In this document: piece by piece, positions 1 to 12,837 of the stretch | Position numbering within the stretch: the first letter of the stretch is position 1 | How the letters are laid out: each line of letters starts with the position of its first letter | Assembly (NCBI GenBank): GCA_000708835.1 | Contig: DF236964.1 | Location: forward strand, 248,001 to 312,000 | Source of the DNA: Klebsormidium nitens | Taxonomy: Eukaryota > Plantae > Klebsormidiophyceae | Reading direction: 5' to 3' | DNA: 64,000 nucleotides | Translations under genes and position numbers: made by a program | Notes under the pieces: generated by a model | Told to the model about the DNA's origin: nothing | Seen by the model: the letters and a program-made list of their open reading frames with translations, nothing else | The model's database searches: none

Positions 1-467
1 GAGCTCAGCTCCTGAAAAGTGGGTCAAAGTTTCAACCTGAGACCACAAGAGGAATGTTGTCCGTGAAATTCTTGAGTTCCCAAAAGGCACGTTTAGGTCT
101 CGAGCGCAAAGCGAAGTACTCGCCCTAAAAAGCTCTTTAAGCTTTCGATGCCCAGATGGATACAAGCAGGAGAAAGTGAAGAACTTTCAAGATGCTGGTG
201 ACAGTGAAGAAAGGTTGCCTGATCGACGAGGTCGTCGAGGAAGACGGCAGCTAGGGAAGACTTGGAACTTGGAAGGCTAGAACGCCATTGAGCATTCTGT
301 TCCAGCTAGTCCTGCAGCCCATTCGTTGAAGGAGAGAGTCAGCTAGTTGACGGCAGACGGAGTTGGTCGTTGATAGGAAATAAAGAGGTCAGACTCTATC
401 AGCAGGGATTATGTTCGAAAAGGATGAGTAGCTCCCCCCCTCATTGGTATTCTGACTGGTCGCCAAA

Positions 468-3400
468 ATGTCCGCCGCAGCTTGTGCCCTGCAAGCGCCC
501 TGCTGCGGGGCGCCACATGCAGCATCCTCACTGAGCGCATCTTCTATTTCCTCATTGCCATCATTTGCCTCACCCCCGTACAGCCATTCTCTATGTCCAA
601 GTGCTGGTGCTTCAGCATGCCGGCTCGCATCACCGCTCACATCAGCATTCGGTAGCATTCACCACGATCGGGTCCCTCGCCACTATTTATCGCATGGCCC
701 TGCCAGGGCAGGACGCAGCACAGCAGTCCACGCCCTGCATGAGCTCCCAATCAGGCGCTGCCAGCTGGCGTCAGAGTTTTGGGGAGGCAGCCTCAGCAGG
801 CGGAATGCATTCGCGCCAGCTCCAATGGCAGGGCGGCGGAGGCAGCGGGGAACCAGCATTCAGGCGGCTAAGAAGAAGGTGGTGAAGCGGGTCAGGAAGG
901 TTGTGGAGGTCCAGGAGGTCCGTGGCGCTTCACTTGTCTCTGCTTTTCTATCCTCTTAGCTCCTCCTTATTCTTTGGGATTGTGCATGGTGGAAGTCTAC
1001 CTGGCGTAGTGATGCTGGTAATGGTGGCATTGTAATGAGGGTTGGTGGCCGCACGTTGATCATCAAGCCCGGAATTGAGCAACATTTCGGTGCAACGCCA
1101 GCGGATGAGAGGAGCTTCAGGCAGGCTCCTTGGCTAGCTGCCGCCAGCTGTAATTGCGGCAGTTTCCGTCAGGAGAACGAGACCGCTTATTTGGAAGTAT
1201 GCTGGAATCTCTTAATCCTGATGAGCTTCTCGCGCTTTTCATTTTTGTGCTGCACCGTGTACTGAAGTTGCTTTCTGGTCAAATGGTTCCGGCACAAGCA
1301 AGTGTCATGACTGGCATCGGACAGTACGAGGAGACACACGTGCAGCTCCAGGGTGCCATCTCCTTCGTAATGAGCATCAAAGGCTGAACTCATTTGTAAG
1401 AAGGGCAAATTACAATGAAATGTGGAGACATCCAGCATGGTGAATACTGAGGGATGGTCCAGCGTGCAGCTCCAGGGTGCCATCTCCTTCGTAATGAGTA
1501 TCAAAAGCCGAACTCATTCGTAAGAAGGGCAAATTACGAAATATTGCGGAGACATCCAGCATGGTGAATACAGAGGGATGGTCCAGCCAACTTGAAGCAG
1601 ACAGCCACTTGACTGCAATTGTTCTGTGATAGCCTGCTCTTTTTCCAAGCAAAGTTCCAGGAGTCTAAGAACCCAGCTTAGAGATTACGAGCGATGCAGT
1701 CAGCTCGTGTGGATGCCAAATGATGTGCACCACCTTCAAGGTGCCACTGGACCAGAATGCTGCAGTTTGCGAAATCTCATGCCCAACTATGTCAAGGCCC
1801 GACAGGGGCAATCTGTGGGCTTTGCTGGTCGCTCCTCAATGAGGCCAAAATCTGTTACTTTGAGTATTCATTTCATCTGTGATCAGTGTTCGATTCATCA
1901 GTGGTCAGCGGAAGCGGAGTGCCAAAAGTGCACACAAACATATGTTGGACTCTTCGCTAGACTCTTACTTGCCATCTAACACTCGTTCCGATCTCGCATC
2001 CATGCAGGAGGCGCCAGAGGTTCGTGCACCAAGGCCAAAGAAGACGGCAGCTGCACCCGCCCCCGCAGCACCCCCCCGGACGGAGACAACTTCTGCACCC
2101 CCCTCCCGTCCTGCTCCAAGCGCCCCCGCTCCCGCCCCCCCCCAAACACCTGTTGCTACCAGGCAGGCCCCCTCAACCCCTCAAACTCCCACAGCCGTCA
2201 AAAAGCCCCCCCCAACCCCTCAAACACCGCCGGCTGCTGCTCGCTCCCCCCCTCCGGCTGCCCCTAAAGTTGCCCCCCGGGTACCAGAAACTGCCACCTC
2301 GGCACCCCCCCGAGACGCAGGCCCTGCGGCGCCCCCGGTTGCTGTCCCCCAAGCTCAACCGGCCCCTGTTGCTGTAACAACGCAGGCGCAGCAGGGCCCC
2401 CCCAAACAGAAACTGGTGACAAAGTACGGATTCCCTCTGGTGAAGGAACGGCTGCCGTACTCGGAGCTGTTGAAAGACGGGGGGCGCAACGTTCGGGCGA
2501 TCTACCACTTCCACGACCTGCGAGGCGACGTTGGAAAACTTCCGTTTCAGGAGAGTCGGTTTAACGACCTGCCCCCCGGGGTGCGGATTGACGGCAGCCG
2601 GAAGAGTCTGGGATTGATGCAGAACTACGTCCCGGAAGAGGAGGTTATGGCTGAGCAGCCCGTGAGAGTGTTAGTCGCTCTTTCCGATGAAGAAAAGGTG
2701 GTTAGGGCGACGCTTCCCCCTGTAAAATACAACCCGGGGTTTTGGAAGGAGTTTGCGGATGCGAAGTTGCAGTATAAGCTGATCGAGACGATCGACCCGT
2801 ATAAGCGGGCGGCCGAGCGGCGGCTGGTTACGGAGGACACGGGCGCGGAGAAGGCGTTTGCGGGGGAGGGCATGAGCGAGAACTTCCGGGCGTTCAGTTT
2901 CCCCATCGCCCTGGTTCTCATCGTGATCATCTACCAGGGTATCGCGAGACTGCAAAAGGCGCGCGTGGACCAGGAGGAGCGGCAGCGGGTGAAAGACTTC
3001 CAGAAGCAGAGGCGCGCGTTGGCGCAAATCGCCGATACGCTCGGGTATAACGTATCCGTCGAGGAGGTGGAGCAGATGCAGAAGGAGTTTATGAACTCGT
3101 CGAACGAGCAACTAGGGTTGGAGACGACGGGCGATGACGTGCAGGACAGGAAGATCAGGGAGCAGGCGTCGCAGAACTTGGACCTCGTCGTCGGCTCAAG
3201 GTACCCATCCTAGTTCCCGTTTTGTTTCCTAACGTTGGAGCCAGGCCGTCTTTCTGCTTATGAGCAGCTCTGTTGGCCATTCTTTTTACAATCTATGGTG
3301 TTGCGCGGGAGGTCTTACATTAGAAGCTTGGCTCGTGGTAAGATGCTAGGTGCGGGTCGACTTGACGGGTGTTAGGATACTGTTTTGCAAGATTACGCTA

Positions 3401-6400
3401 ATCAGTCTCTTATCGTCTCTTTCGAGACATAATGGTGACTCTCCTTGATTGTTTCAGTCGACGCTGGACATGAGTGATTTGTTTTACAGAAACGGTGCAG
3501 GTGGACTCATTGATTGCTATCCTTAACTGTTAGGGTATGCCGCTGCCACGCTTGTTATGCTGTTTGAGTTTCTCACGTTCTATTCTTAGCATCAAAAGCT
3601 TGACCTCTGGCTTCGCTATTCGCAGGTTCAAGAAGTCGGGCGCCAAAAAGTATGCAGCCACCGACCGGAAAAAGTCGAAGTATCGGCAACGGCTTCAGCC
3701 TGTGACCCTAGACGACGTCGCAGGTTCGTCTTTGGTCCCCACTTGTTTGTTCCTGAGACACATAACCAGCACACCTACCGGTGCTCTCATCATATGCATG
3801 AACATGACACTTTAGTCCGGGGGGCTGCTTCTGAAACTCAGCCTGAATATACTGCTAGGATATGCTTTAGCATTTCAACTGATTGCCCCACGTTTTTGAT
3901 TGTTGGTTCAGCCCAATTCACAAGATCCAAATCTGCAAATTGCGAACCTTCTGGCAATGTCGAGACGCTGAGGCCTTCTTTGATAAAGAGTTGCTTCTGC
4001 CCACGAGCTTGATTGCTCTGGAAGAGTGCGATTCATTTGCTAAAGCCGAGTGTTCCTTTCTGACGCCATAAGGGAAACTTACAAGCGAAATGGCGTACAT
4101 GCAACAGGGGTTTATCTACCGTAGCGTCCTTGATGCTTTGTCTGCTGAAATCCCTGTCGTTTATTTTGCAGGTATCGATCATTTGAAAAAGGAGGTGGTT
4201 GACATCGTGGCCATGCTCAAGCAACCCCAAAAGTGGCTGGACCGCGGCATCAAAATCCCAAGTGAGCCTTTGCATCGCATCACCCTTTTTCCAGCTTCAA
4301 GCCGGTTGCCTGTCATGTCGACACGAAGGGTCACTGCGGTTGGGTCCATTTTTCTCATCAAAGTCATAGATCTTCTTGCCGAACGTGTGAGTTCAGGTAC
4401 CTGGTCCTGGGCCGTACGATGGTCATTGTCAGTTGATCAGACGGTTCGAAAGTACGCTCAGACAAAACGAGGCCGTGTCGCCCATAGCTACTTCAGTCCG
4501 CATCCTCGAAGGGAAGGACATGCCTCTGCTGACGTGATTACCAGCTGACGTTCTCTGCTCACGTCACCTGCAGCCGGTATCATCCTGTTCGGCCCCCCCG
4601 GTTGCGGGAAGACGCTCCTAGCGAAGGCCATCGCGGGAGAGGCGGGCTTCGCCTTCTTTTCGACATCGGCGTCTCAGTTCGTGGAAATCTTCGCGGGCGT
4701 GGGTGCCGCCCGTATTCGGGACCTGTACTATGACGCTCTCATCAACGTGAGAAAGAGTCTGTTCGAGGTTCTCAACTTGTGGAAGTGACGAAGAAGCTTT
4801 GCTTGTCACTGACCGGTCGATAGATTGTTGTCTGGCGCTTCCCAGCGGCGCTCGACCACGAGGTACCTTGGGTGCAATGAAATGTGAAACGAAGTCGTCC
4901 CAGTCTCAGCTCCATACATAATCCAAGTTACTATCAGGTTGTTTGACAGGGGTTGTGGCTGGCGGTCTTTTGGTCGCTGTACTTTAAGTCCATTGTAGCT
5001 GCTTTATACAAGGGGCTTACGACTCGCTGGTTCGACAGAACGGGATAGGGAGATAGCTTACGTGTCAAACTCCGGCAGAAGTGAGGGTTTTGAGAGTCAG
5101 AAAAGAGTCCGGAGGAAGCTCCGACTTAATCAGCGGATATCGTTCTTGGCTGTTCATCTGACTTACTTCGGTTGCATACCTAAGTTTTTGGTGAAATGCT
5201 TCATTGTTGCAGAACCTCTTCTTACATGGACGAGGACTTGCAGTCGTCGTATGATGCACCTATTCAGATACTACGCAATCTGACGATTGAACTTGAGCGT
5301 CTTTGCGTCTGCAGGCCCCAGCCATCGTATTCATCGACGAGATTGACGCCATTGGGCGGCAAAGGGGATCGAAAGACAGTGGAGGAGAGGAGCGCGATCA
5401 AACCCTGAACCAGGTAATGCTCTACGTTTGATCTGCAAGCTCCCAGGATCACATATGATCCACAACTGTTCTTTACGAGAGACAATCACTCGCTTTGACG
5501 TCTTCCTCTTTGTATCTCTAGGACTCAGGATCTCCGAACTTTCCGGCAGAAGTGTTCCTTGGTTTCTACATTGCACGCGGATCAATCCACTGTCGTCTTT
5601 GCTTGACATTGACGAGCCGATAAACGGTGGTTAAAGTACTCTCGTGCACCTCGGTCCTGATGGCATGGAACCTTTGCAAACGTTTCTTTGCCGCTGCTGT
5701 TTGAACGGCTCCCAAGAGACGGGGCTTGTTGAATCTCAAGAATCCGCATCGAGGACATGAAAGTAGCCCGAAGGTTGCTCCAGGATTATATCATTTTTCA
5801 AAGACTTTCGTCAAACTTGTTTCGTTATGACTATCAGAGTATCTCCTTCACGCTGCAATCCCTTTGCAGTTGCTGCTGAGCTTGATCGGCTTTTCCAGCA
5901 CCGGCCAGGTAGTGACGACTTGTGCCACAGGATAACGAAGGGAAACTTGAAAAGGCATTGAACACCGAGACAAGCTTGCAAGGTCCGAAATAGCTAAGCA
6001 GCATCACGACCTGATTTACGTTGCATGCATCCACAGTTTCTTTGTGAGCCTGGATTTTCCGGGACTGGTCAGTCGCGCATACTCATTGTGAAGTGATTCA
6101 AAATAAACGCCGATTACACAAAAGCGGTTCAGAAGAATAATCAGCGAACACGGACTCATCCACGTTCCATTTCTTGACAGTTGCTGGTGAGTTTAGACGG
6201 CTTTTCGGGGACCGGTCAGGTGGTGACTATCTGCGCGACCAACCGTATCGACACGCTCGACAAGGCGCTGACGCGCCCGGGGCGGTTCGACCGCAAGCTG
6301 TGCGTGGAGCTGCCGAGCTTTGAGGACCGAATAAAGATCCTAAAGGTGAGACTTCTTTGAAGAGGCCCTTTCCTGATTGTAATCTAAGAGGAAGGCGGGG

Positions 6401-9400
6401 GTGAAGGCGGGGAGGTAAACGGGGAGAGTGTAGAAGGCAGCGGGGTTGGGGTGAAGGGAAGGGGAGAGTAATAAAGAGATGGCAGAAAGTGGCGGGAAAG
6501 GGTGGGAAACGTGTGACAAGAGTGTGAAAGTTGGGGCGCCGGATGTTAACGTGCAAGCCAGTGATTGTGCCGTTGCCACGGAGCCAGATTCGGATGCCGC
6601 ACCCTCTTCGACCAGAGGGTGAGCGTAGAGCTGTGGAGCTTTAACGACTGCGAAAAGCTCTCTACTGATTAAGCCCTGAACTTTCGGTGTCTCTCTCGCA
6701 CTTGCCTCTCCAAAAGAGCTAAAAACAGCACACGTCTGAGCTTTCAATTTATGCGCCTTCACCCGGCTGGCCTCTTGGCCCCGTTCTCTCGTTCTGTGAA
6801 TTCGCGGCTGTAAAAAGCGACCCGCTTTTGTGACCCTGCGGAGAGTTTTAACATCGAAGCCGCGTCCTCTGCAGGTGCACTGCAAAAACAAGCCCATCGC
6901 TAGTTACATCAACTGGTACGATCTCGGGGGCGCCACCGCGGGCATGTCGGGCGCCGCCATTGCAAACGTCGTCAACACGGCCGTGTTGGAGTCGATCCGG
7001 CAAGGGAAGGACGAGGTGAGGTTGGTTCCTGGTTTGTATTGTTGAACTTTTCCAGTTGCTTCGTTGGTCTTTGTCAACGTTATTCGTTAAGCGTCTTATG
7101 TTGCAGATATCGATTCCGGACTCTTTCCAAACTTTTGACACCATCTACATACAGCTTTGCTTGAGATGAGAGCTCTCTCCAGCTGGAACCTACGAACGGG
7201 GCGTCACGATCACGATATATGCTTTAGCTTAGCCCACGTCGTTTTCCTGCGAACAACCGTCGAAAACGCCAGGAGCCCAGCGAGGTCCAGCTTAAGTCAG
7301 GCCGGTCTTTCTGCAGTATTCGCAAGCTTCACGTCACTTGACCAGATCCCATCCTGGATGGCCCTCCAACCTTTAGCTTGAGGATTTGAAGTCCTAAACC
7401 CCCTGTTCTTTGAACCAATTTATTACGGTGGGCTTGACGAACACTGCTCGACGAAAGATAAACAGATTTTCCCTTTTTTTGAAGGAGCAACTTTCGCTTA
7501 CTTGCGTCCTTCGGGCAAAGCTCGATTTGTGTTTTCAAGGAACCACTCTGTCCGAACCTTCAGCTCATTGTCTTCCTTTTTTCCACAGATCACGACGATG
7601 GACCTGGTAAACGCCGCTCGCCAGGAGAGCGACGGCTACCAGCTGGCGGCGCCGATCCCCGACGTCCGGAAGCTGGGCTACGCGATTGAGTGCGCGGCCA
7701 AGATTGTCATGGCTATGAACACGATGGACTTTACAAAAGTCACAGCGGTAAGAACGTCTGCTTGCATCTTTGAAGTTGGTTTATAACAATAATGGTTCTT
7801 CCGTCTCTTCTTTTGAACACTTTATCATATGCGATTGTGAGATAAGATTCTAGCTCGCCACAACGATTCCAACATACGGAAGCTGGGCTTTGCGATTGAG
7901 TGCGCAGCTAAGATTGTCGTGGCCTTGAACACGATGGACTCCACAAAAGTCACGGCAGTAAGACACGATTGCTTGCATCTTCTGAGTTAGTTCTTGGACG
8001 ATCTTTTTCGGGTTAGTTCTTGAATGTACTTATTCTTCCGTCTCTTTTCTTTTGCGTGTGATTGGGGGAAAGTAACTTACTGGCCGCGCCGATTCTTGCC
8101 ATTTTGATGCTGGGCTATGCAATCGAGGTTACTGGATGAATGGACTGAATTGAAAGTTAACATGTAAGCATACACCTGAAGCTACTTTCAAGTTGGCAGA
8201 TTGCTTTGGGAGATTCCAAAGGTATATGACCGAACAGCTTTTGTCTCTGCCAAGCCTCAAGAAAGACGCAAGATCTGCAAGACCGAATTCTCGAAGTTCT
8301 GGTTCATGAAAATGCAAGAAACTCCTCTTACCGCTGTGATTCTTGTAAAGTCCGTCGTGCTCATGGCTGTAGATTGATTCGTCGAACTCTGGAGTCGAAG
8401 AGGCAAACCCTATGATGACACGTTGGACCTTCCGTATCGAGGGCCCCCTTTTTCTAAGGCGGACCCTCCTTCGTGAGGATGGTAAAGTCATAGTTACTCT
8501 GAGGGTTGTCCTGCTCGATTTGTCTTGCTCGATGATGGCGACATCGCCTGATGTTTGTGTTACCATTATTTTTTTTTTGGTAAGGATGATGAGCCCCCCA
8601 ACGGAAAGGTGTGTCAGCATTTTGATGTCTTTCGGCTAAGCCTTTTGATGGCTTTCGGCTGAGCCATTTCGGCTGCCAATTTCTCATAGGCTCTTACTTA
8701 TGTTAACAAAGCAGAGGCGGGGAGTGCGCGCCAGCGCATGCAGTGAAGGAGCAACCAAACCTGGTTTCTTACTGACTTCAGCCATCGCGGTTCGGACCTA
8801 TCTCTCCCTGCCTAACTGCTAATGCTCCGTCCTCGACCTACTGTTGCTGAGAACCCAACACGTTCACTTGCTTATGCTTAAGCGGTCTCGTTCTTGCAGA
8901 TGTCGTTCTATCAGACGAACGAGGGGGAGGACGCCATCGAAGATGCCCACATGGACCGGATGCGCATGTTTATGCTGCACGAAGGGTGAGCCCCCACATC
9001 GCTCTAGTTGCTCACGTTATTCATAAGTAGGGGGCAGCATTGATTTTGGGGGTGGCTCAGTACAACAGGTAGCTAGCGTAGCCACACGATCTCGGTTGGC
9101 CTAGGTCAAAAAGACGGGCCACGTTAATATTCAGAGGTGCGCTGATGTTGGCGGCCGGCCCCTTCGTCTAGAGATTCAAAGGATTCTCTGCGAACTTGAT
9201 TTGGGGTTGCACAGCTGCGTGCGAAAAATCTGCTCGGCAAGGAAGGTTCTGGTCAGGAGAGCGGAAACGAAGTACATACCGTGGAGAAAGACTGCAAAAA
9301 GTTGCACGTGCTTATGGGTGGAGGCGTGTTTTCAGACTGCGATTGAAGATGCAACCTCCCAATGTGCTGCTGCGTCCCTGGCCAACGGTTCTGTGTTTGT

Positions 9401-12400
9401 GCTTGGTTTGCGCTTTCAATGATGTGATGGGTTACGGATTCGGTTGGTGGCAGCATGACGGCCGTTTTGAGCTAACGCCTGAGCTTGGATGTCTGTCAGC
9501 AAGAGCTTGGATCAAGTGGCATAGCCGAAGCGAAGAGTTGGATTGCTCGAAGGAATCGCGTACTTTGCTCTGTAACGTCTGGTGCAATGGCTCTCGGAAG
9601 ATTGCTCCACTCCTTCTCGAATATGTGGAAATAAGATGATTCACCTGATCGCTGCATCGCTTTTTCTATTTTGATTTGGACCTTTCTCCTGTTCCGAGTC
9701 CAAAAAACGCGTCTCAGTGAGGGCAAGGACGATGACGAAAACCACGGTTCGCTCAGCATAAAGGCCGCTGGCCTTGCTGATTCTCTACTTAGCTTTCCCT
9801 GAGTCCTTGCCCGAGCGCGCTTGTCATTTTGTGAATGATCGTCAAGACCTGAAATATTCAGTTCCTTCAAGACAACTTCCATCTCGGGTTCTTTATGGTC
9901 AATCTAAAGCATGACGCCGGGTTGGGAAAGAAAAGTGTGTGAGGCCCGATTTCAGATGAGTTCCTGTTTCCGGTTATCAGACACTTCGTCGATCTGCGCC
10001 TTTGACTGTCGAAGGGCTGGGGAGCGGGTTATTTTCTGTTGACTGCTGCTCTTGGAACCAAAGCCGCCTCAGTTTGTTGAGTTCCAATCTCGAGCAGCAG
10101 ATGGGAGTTGATCTCAGAATTACCTAAAAGCAACTAAATGCGACAGCAGCAGAAAGAAGTTTGTAGTGAGAGCAGCCGTCCAAAGTACTGAAGTCTTTCA
10201 GACCAATTCCAAGCCTGTTTTCGTGTCGAGAATTCAGGAAGTGCGAGGTTGACCAAAGCGTTGACCTTTGCGCAGGGCCGGGTGGCACTTTGACTACATC
10301 TCAATTCTGCTCGCCCCTCGTGCCGTGGATGACTTGTACAATGGCGGCCTAGACAATGTAAGCTTTTTTCTTCTGCTTTGACAGTCTGTTGTCATTTCCA
10401 TGTTTTGATTGCCGTGAAAAGATTGGTTTTCTGAGGGTTTGACGCTAGCAGGCATAGAGCAACACCGTTAGAGCAGCACTGAGGGCCGCAGTTCTGCCGA
10501 TTTGAGAGCAAAGACATGAGCTGAGCTTTCGACGACAAACACTCAGCAGTCTGTCACAAGGACCGCTACAGATTGCGGAAGAGAACCATACAAGGTCTTT
10601 GTTGGTTTGTCGGTTGAGAAAATTGTTTTGAAACGTCTACGAATGAGGATTGAAAGCACCCTTCAGTGCTTGTGCATAAACCCGAGATACTCTCGGCATT
10701 GCGTCACCCGATGTCTTTTTCGGGCGTTCGTTAGTTAGAGTTGTCTGGTTGAAGCATGACCTCTCGGTCGACGAGCGTTTCCTTTTGCCGCATACAGCCG
10801 AGGAGCCCGCAGCTGTCTGGGTGCTCTTTCGCTGGGGGTGCTCTTTCGCTACCCAGCGAACGGAAAGGATTGCACTGGATATCTTCGTCAGGAGATTTGA
10901 ATCTCGTTTGGTCCAAACATCCTCTTTGGAGGTGTCGCAATGACAAAGGACCTCAACAGAAGACGATCTCTTCCAGATCTTCTTTTGTTGTTTCTGCCTC
11001 CAGTTGAGTGCAGCGAGCTTCCTGCATACGGACGAGGCCCGGACGCAGGCTCGGGTTATGGTCCAAACCGGGCTGATTGACCCGGACGTCCCGAACTACG
11101 ACCTGAACGTGCTCTACCCGCACCACATATGGGAGGTTAGTGAGGAGCCGTTAGTGATAACCCGTTTTCATACTCTAAGGTGTATCTTTTTGGAAGTCAA
11201 GCGCTCGTTTATAGTCCAAGACAGAAGGGTCTGCAAAGCATGAGGTGGCACTTCGATGGTAAATGGGCCCAGTCGTTGTCCGTTTCTCAGAGTAAGTTGC
11301 TTACGCTTTTGCAATGTTTTTCAAAAGCTCGGTCAGTGGCGCGCCAAATCTATTGGTCTCAGGAGATGCTGAGTTCTTCCCTGTGCGAACATAACCTGAG
11401 TAAAAGGATGTTGATGGTACGGAGCTTTCCTTAAAGGTGGGTGTTCCGTTGAAAGGTTAGACCCGTGGCCGCGTCCTAACCCAATTTTCCTGTTCTTTCT
11501 GCAGCTGCAAGACGTCCAGATGGCCGTCATTCTTGAGGCCGCATACAAGCGGTGCCAATCGGTGAGCGCCCATGCCCCCTACTCGACTCACGTTCCAAGC
11601 GGATCTTGCACATTGCTTGGTTACATTTCTAAAAAGAGTGGCTGGTTTCTGCTCAAACTTTCTCGCCTTGGTTCGATCAGCCTGTTTGGCAATGCACCTC
11701 TGAATTCATGCGGGTTGAATTCATGCGGGTGGTCAAAGGGAACGTGAGCTGGTAAAATGCCCTCTCGTAAGCAACTTCGACGAAGAAGGTGCTCTTAGCA
11801 TACTCTCAGATACTGAGTCTCTGACTTGCCGGCCCCCTAGACACTACGAAGGTGCTCAAAGAACAGATATCTCTCATAAAAGCCAGCTTGTTCGATGTAC
11901 TGCTCACTTCAAACCCTGTATGTTCCCGCTCTGGGTGCTCTACAGTCGAGGCATCAGTACGGGCCAGGTTGTGAATACATACAAAGTGTTGTCCCAACTT
12001 ATTAAGATATCAGTCCCCATTGGAAACTTCTTCACAAACCTTACAAAATCAACCACTGTCACAGGATGTTCACAAATCTCTAAATGCCTGCGCAGGTGTT
12101 GAAAGAGAACGTGACGCTAATCAACGCGCTCGCATACGCGTCGATGGAGGAGAAGGTATTGCTGGAGGAGCGCATCCACGAGCTGGCCGACAAGTACGGC
12201 AACTTCGAGGAGCGGCGGCCGACCCTTTTCCGGGTAAGCTTTAACCCAGAGGTTAACGGTTTGATTTTACCTCGTCTCTAGATGGTGAATTGAATGTGCA
12301 TCACGAGCTCGCCGACTAGTGGAGCTGTGCGATCCGTAAATGCGCCGCCTCGCGCACAGATTGTTCTCGAAATGTGTTTCCTTTGTGTACCCTCTTCGAT

Positions 12401-12837
12401 CTTATGCAACGCTTTGCGGCACTCTCCAACGACATCAAAACAATGATCCCCGACATCAAGTCCTAAGATTGTGGTTTCTGAACCCTCATTTCCCCCCTCT
12501 CTAGATACGCGACGCTCGGCTGGAGCTGTGCGATCCGGAGGTGCGCCGCGTCGCGCCCAAGATCGAGGAGCCGTGGCACGGGCTCGACCCGCAAGTCTGG
12601 CTCGAGTACCGGGAAACCCACTTCAACCTGGTGCAAGACTCGCTCTGGGAGAAGATGCGGCAAGAGCGCGCGATCGAAGAGAACGAGCGCGCGGCGCTCT
12701 CGCGGCGCGTGCAGCGCGTCTCGGCATTACGAGAGGAGGGGGGCGCGGGGGGGTCCAGTACTATGGCGGTGATGGAGCGGGACGATGGGAATGGGGGGGA
12801 GCGGAGACGGTTGCAGGAGGGGGGGGGACGCGGGTGA
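468..12837 (+). CDS. FtsHi: Chloroplast FtsH-like AAA+ ATPase lacking the zinc-protease motif (FtsHi2-like), ~1131 aa, 15 exons
   Basis: Exons 468-917, 2008-3200, 3626-3723, 4172-4261, 4574-4746, 5315-5413, 6181-6345, 6875-7015, 7589-7747, 8900-8985, 10276-10357, 11004-11135, 11505-11561, 12096-12233 and 12505-12837 are all GT-AG and phase-compatible (3396 nt). Ser/Ala-rich transit peptide; one TM ([12 protein letters not shown]); VTLDDVAG; Walker A GPPGCGKT; pore loop FVEIFAGVG; Walker B IVFIDEID; [27 protein letters not shown] is replaced by [15 protein letters not shown] resembles the FtsHi2 C-terminal region as I recall it. The exon 1 donor could instead be at 909. Confidence 0.9.
1341..1587. 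repeat. Two tandem copies of a ~123-bp unit in FtsHi intron 1
   Basis: tgcagctccagggtgccatctccttcgtaatgag...catccagcatggtgaata...gagggatggtccagc occurs twice, head to tail, with scattered substitutions. Confidence 0.9.
7851..8128 (+). repeat. Degenerate intronic copies of the 3' half and donor of FtsHi exon 9
   Basis: cggaagctgggctttgcgattgagtgcgcagctaagattgtcgtggccttgaacacgatggactccacaaaagtcacggca|gtaaga mirrors the end of the true exon; a shorter third remnant lies at ~8090-8128. Confidence 0.85.
12272..12365 (+). repeat. Degenerate copy of the acceptor and 5' part of FtsHi exon 15
   Basis: ctctag|at...tggagctgtgcgatccgtaaatgcgccgcctcgcgcacagattg versus the true ctctag|atacgcgacgctcggctggagctgtgcgatccggaggtgcgccgcgtcgcgcccaagatcg. 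Confidence 0.75.

Noticed and set aside
8129-8620. 163-aa minus-strand ORF inside FtsHi intron 9, with a faint SPRY-like look
   Set aside because: No convincing motif, codon usage unlike the GC3-rich exons, and no supportable splice partners; possibly a decayed insertion.
9496-9882. 128-aa minus-strand ORF in FtsHi intron 10, as a possible nested gene
   Set aside because: No recognisable domain and no coherent exon chain.
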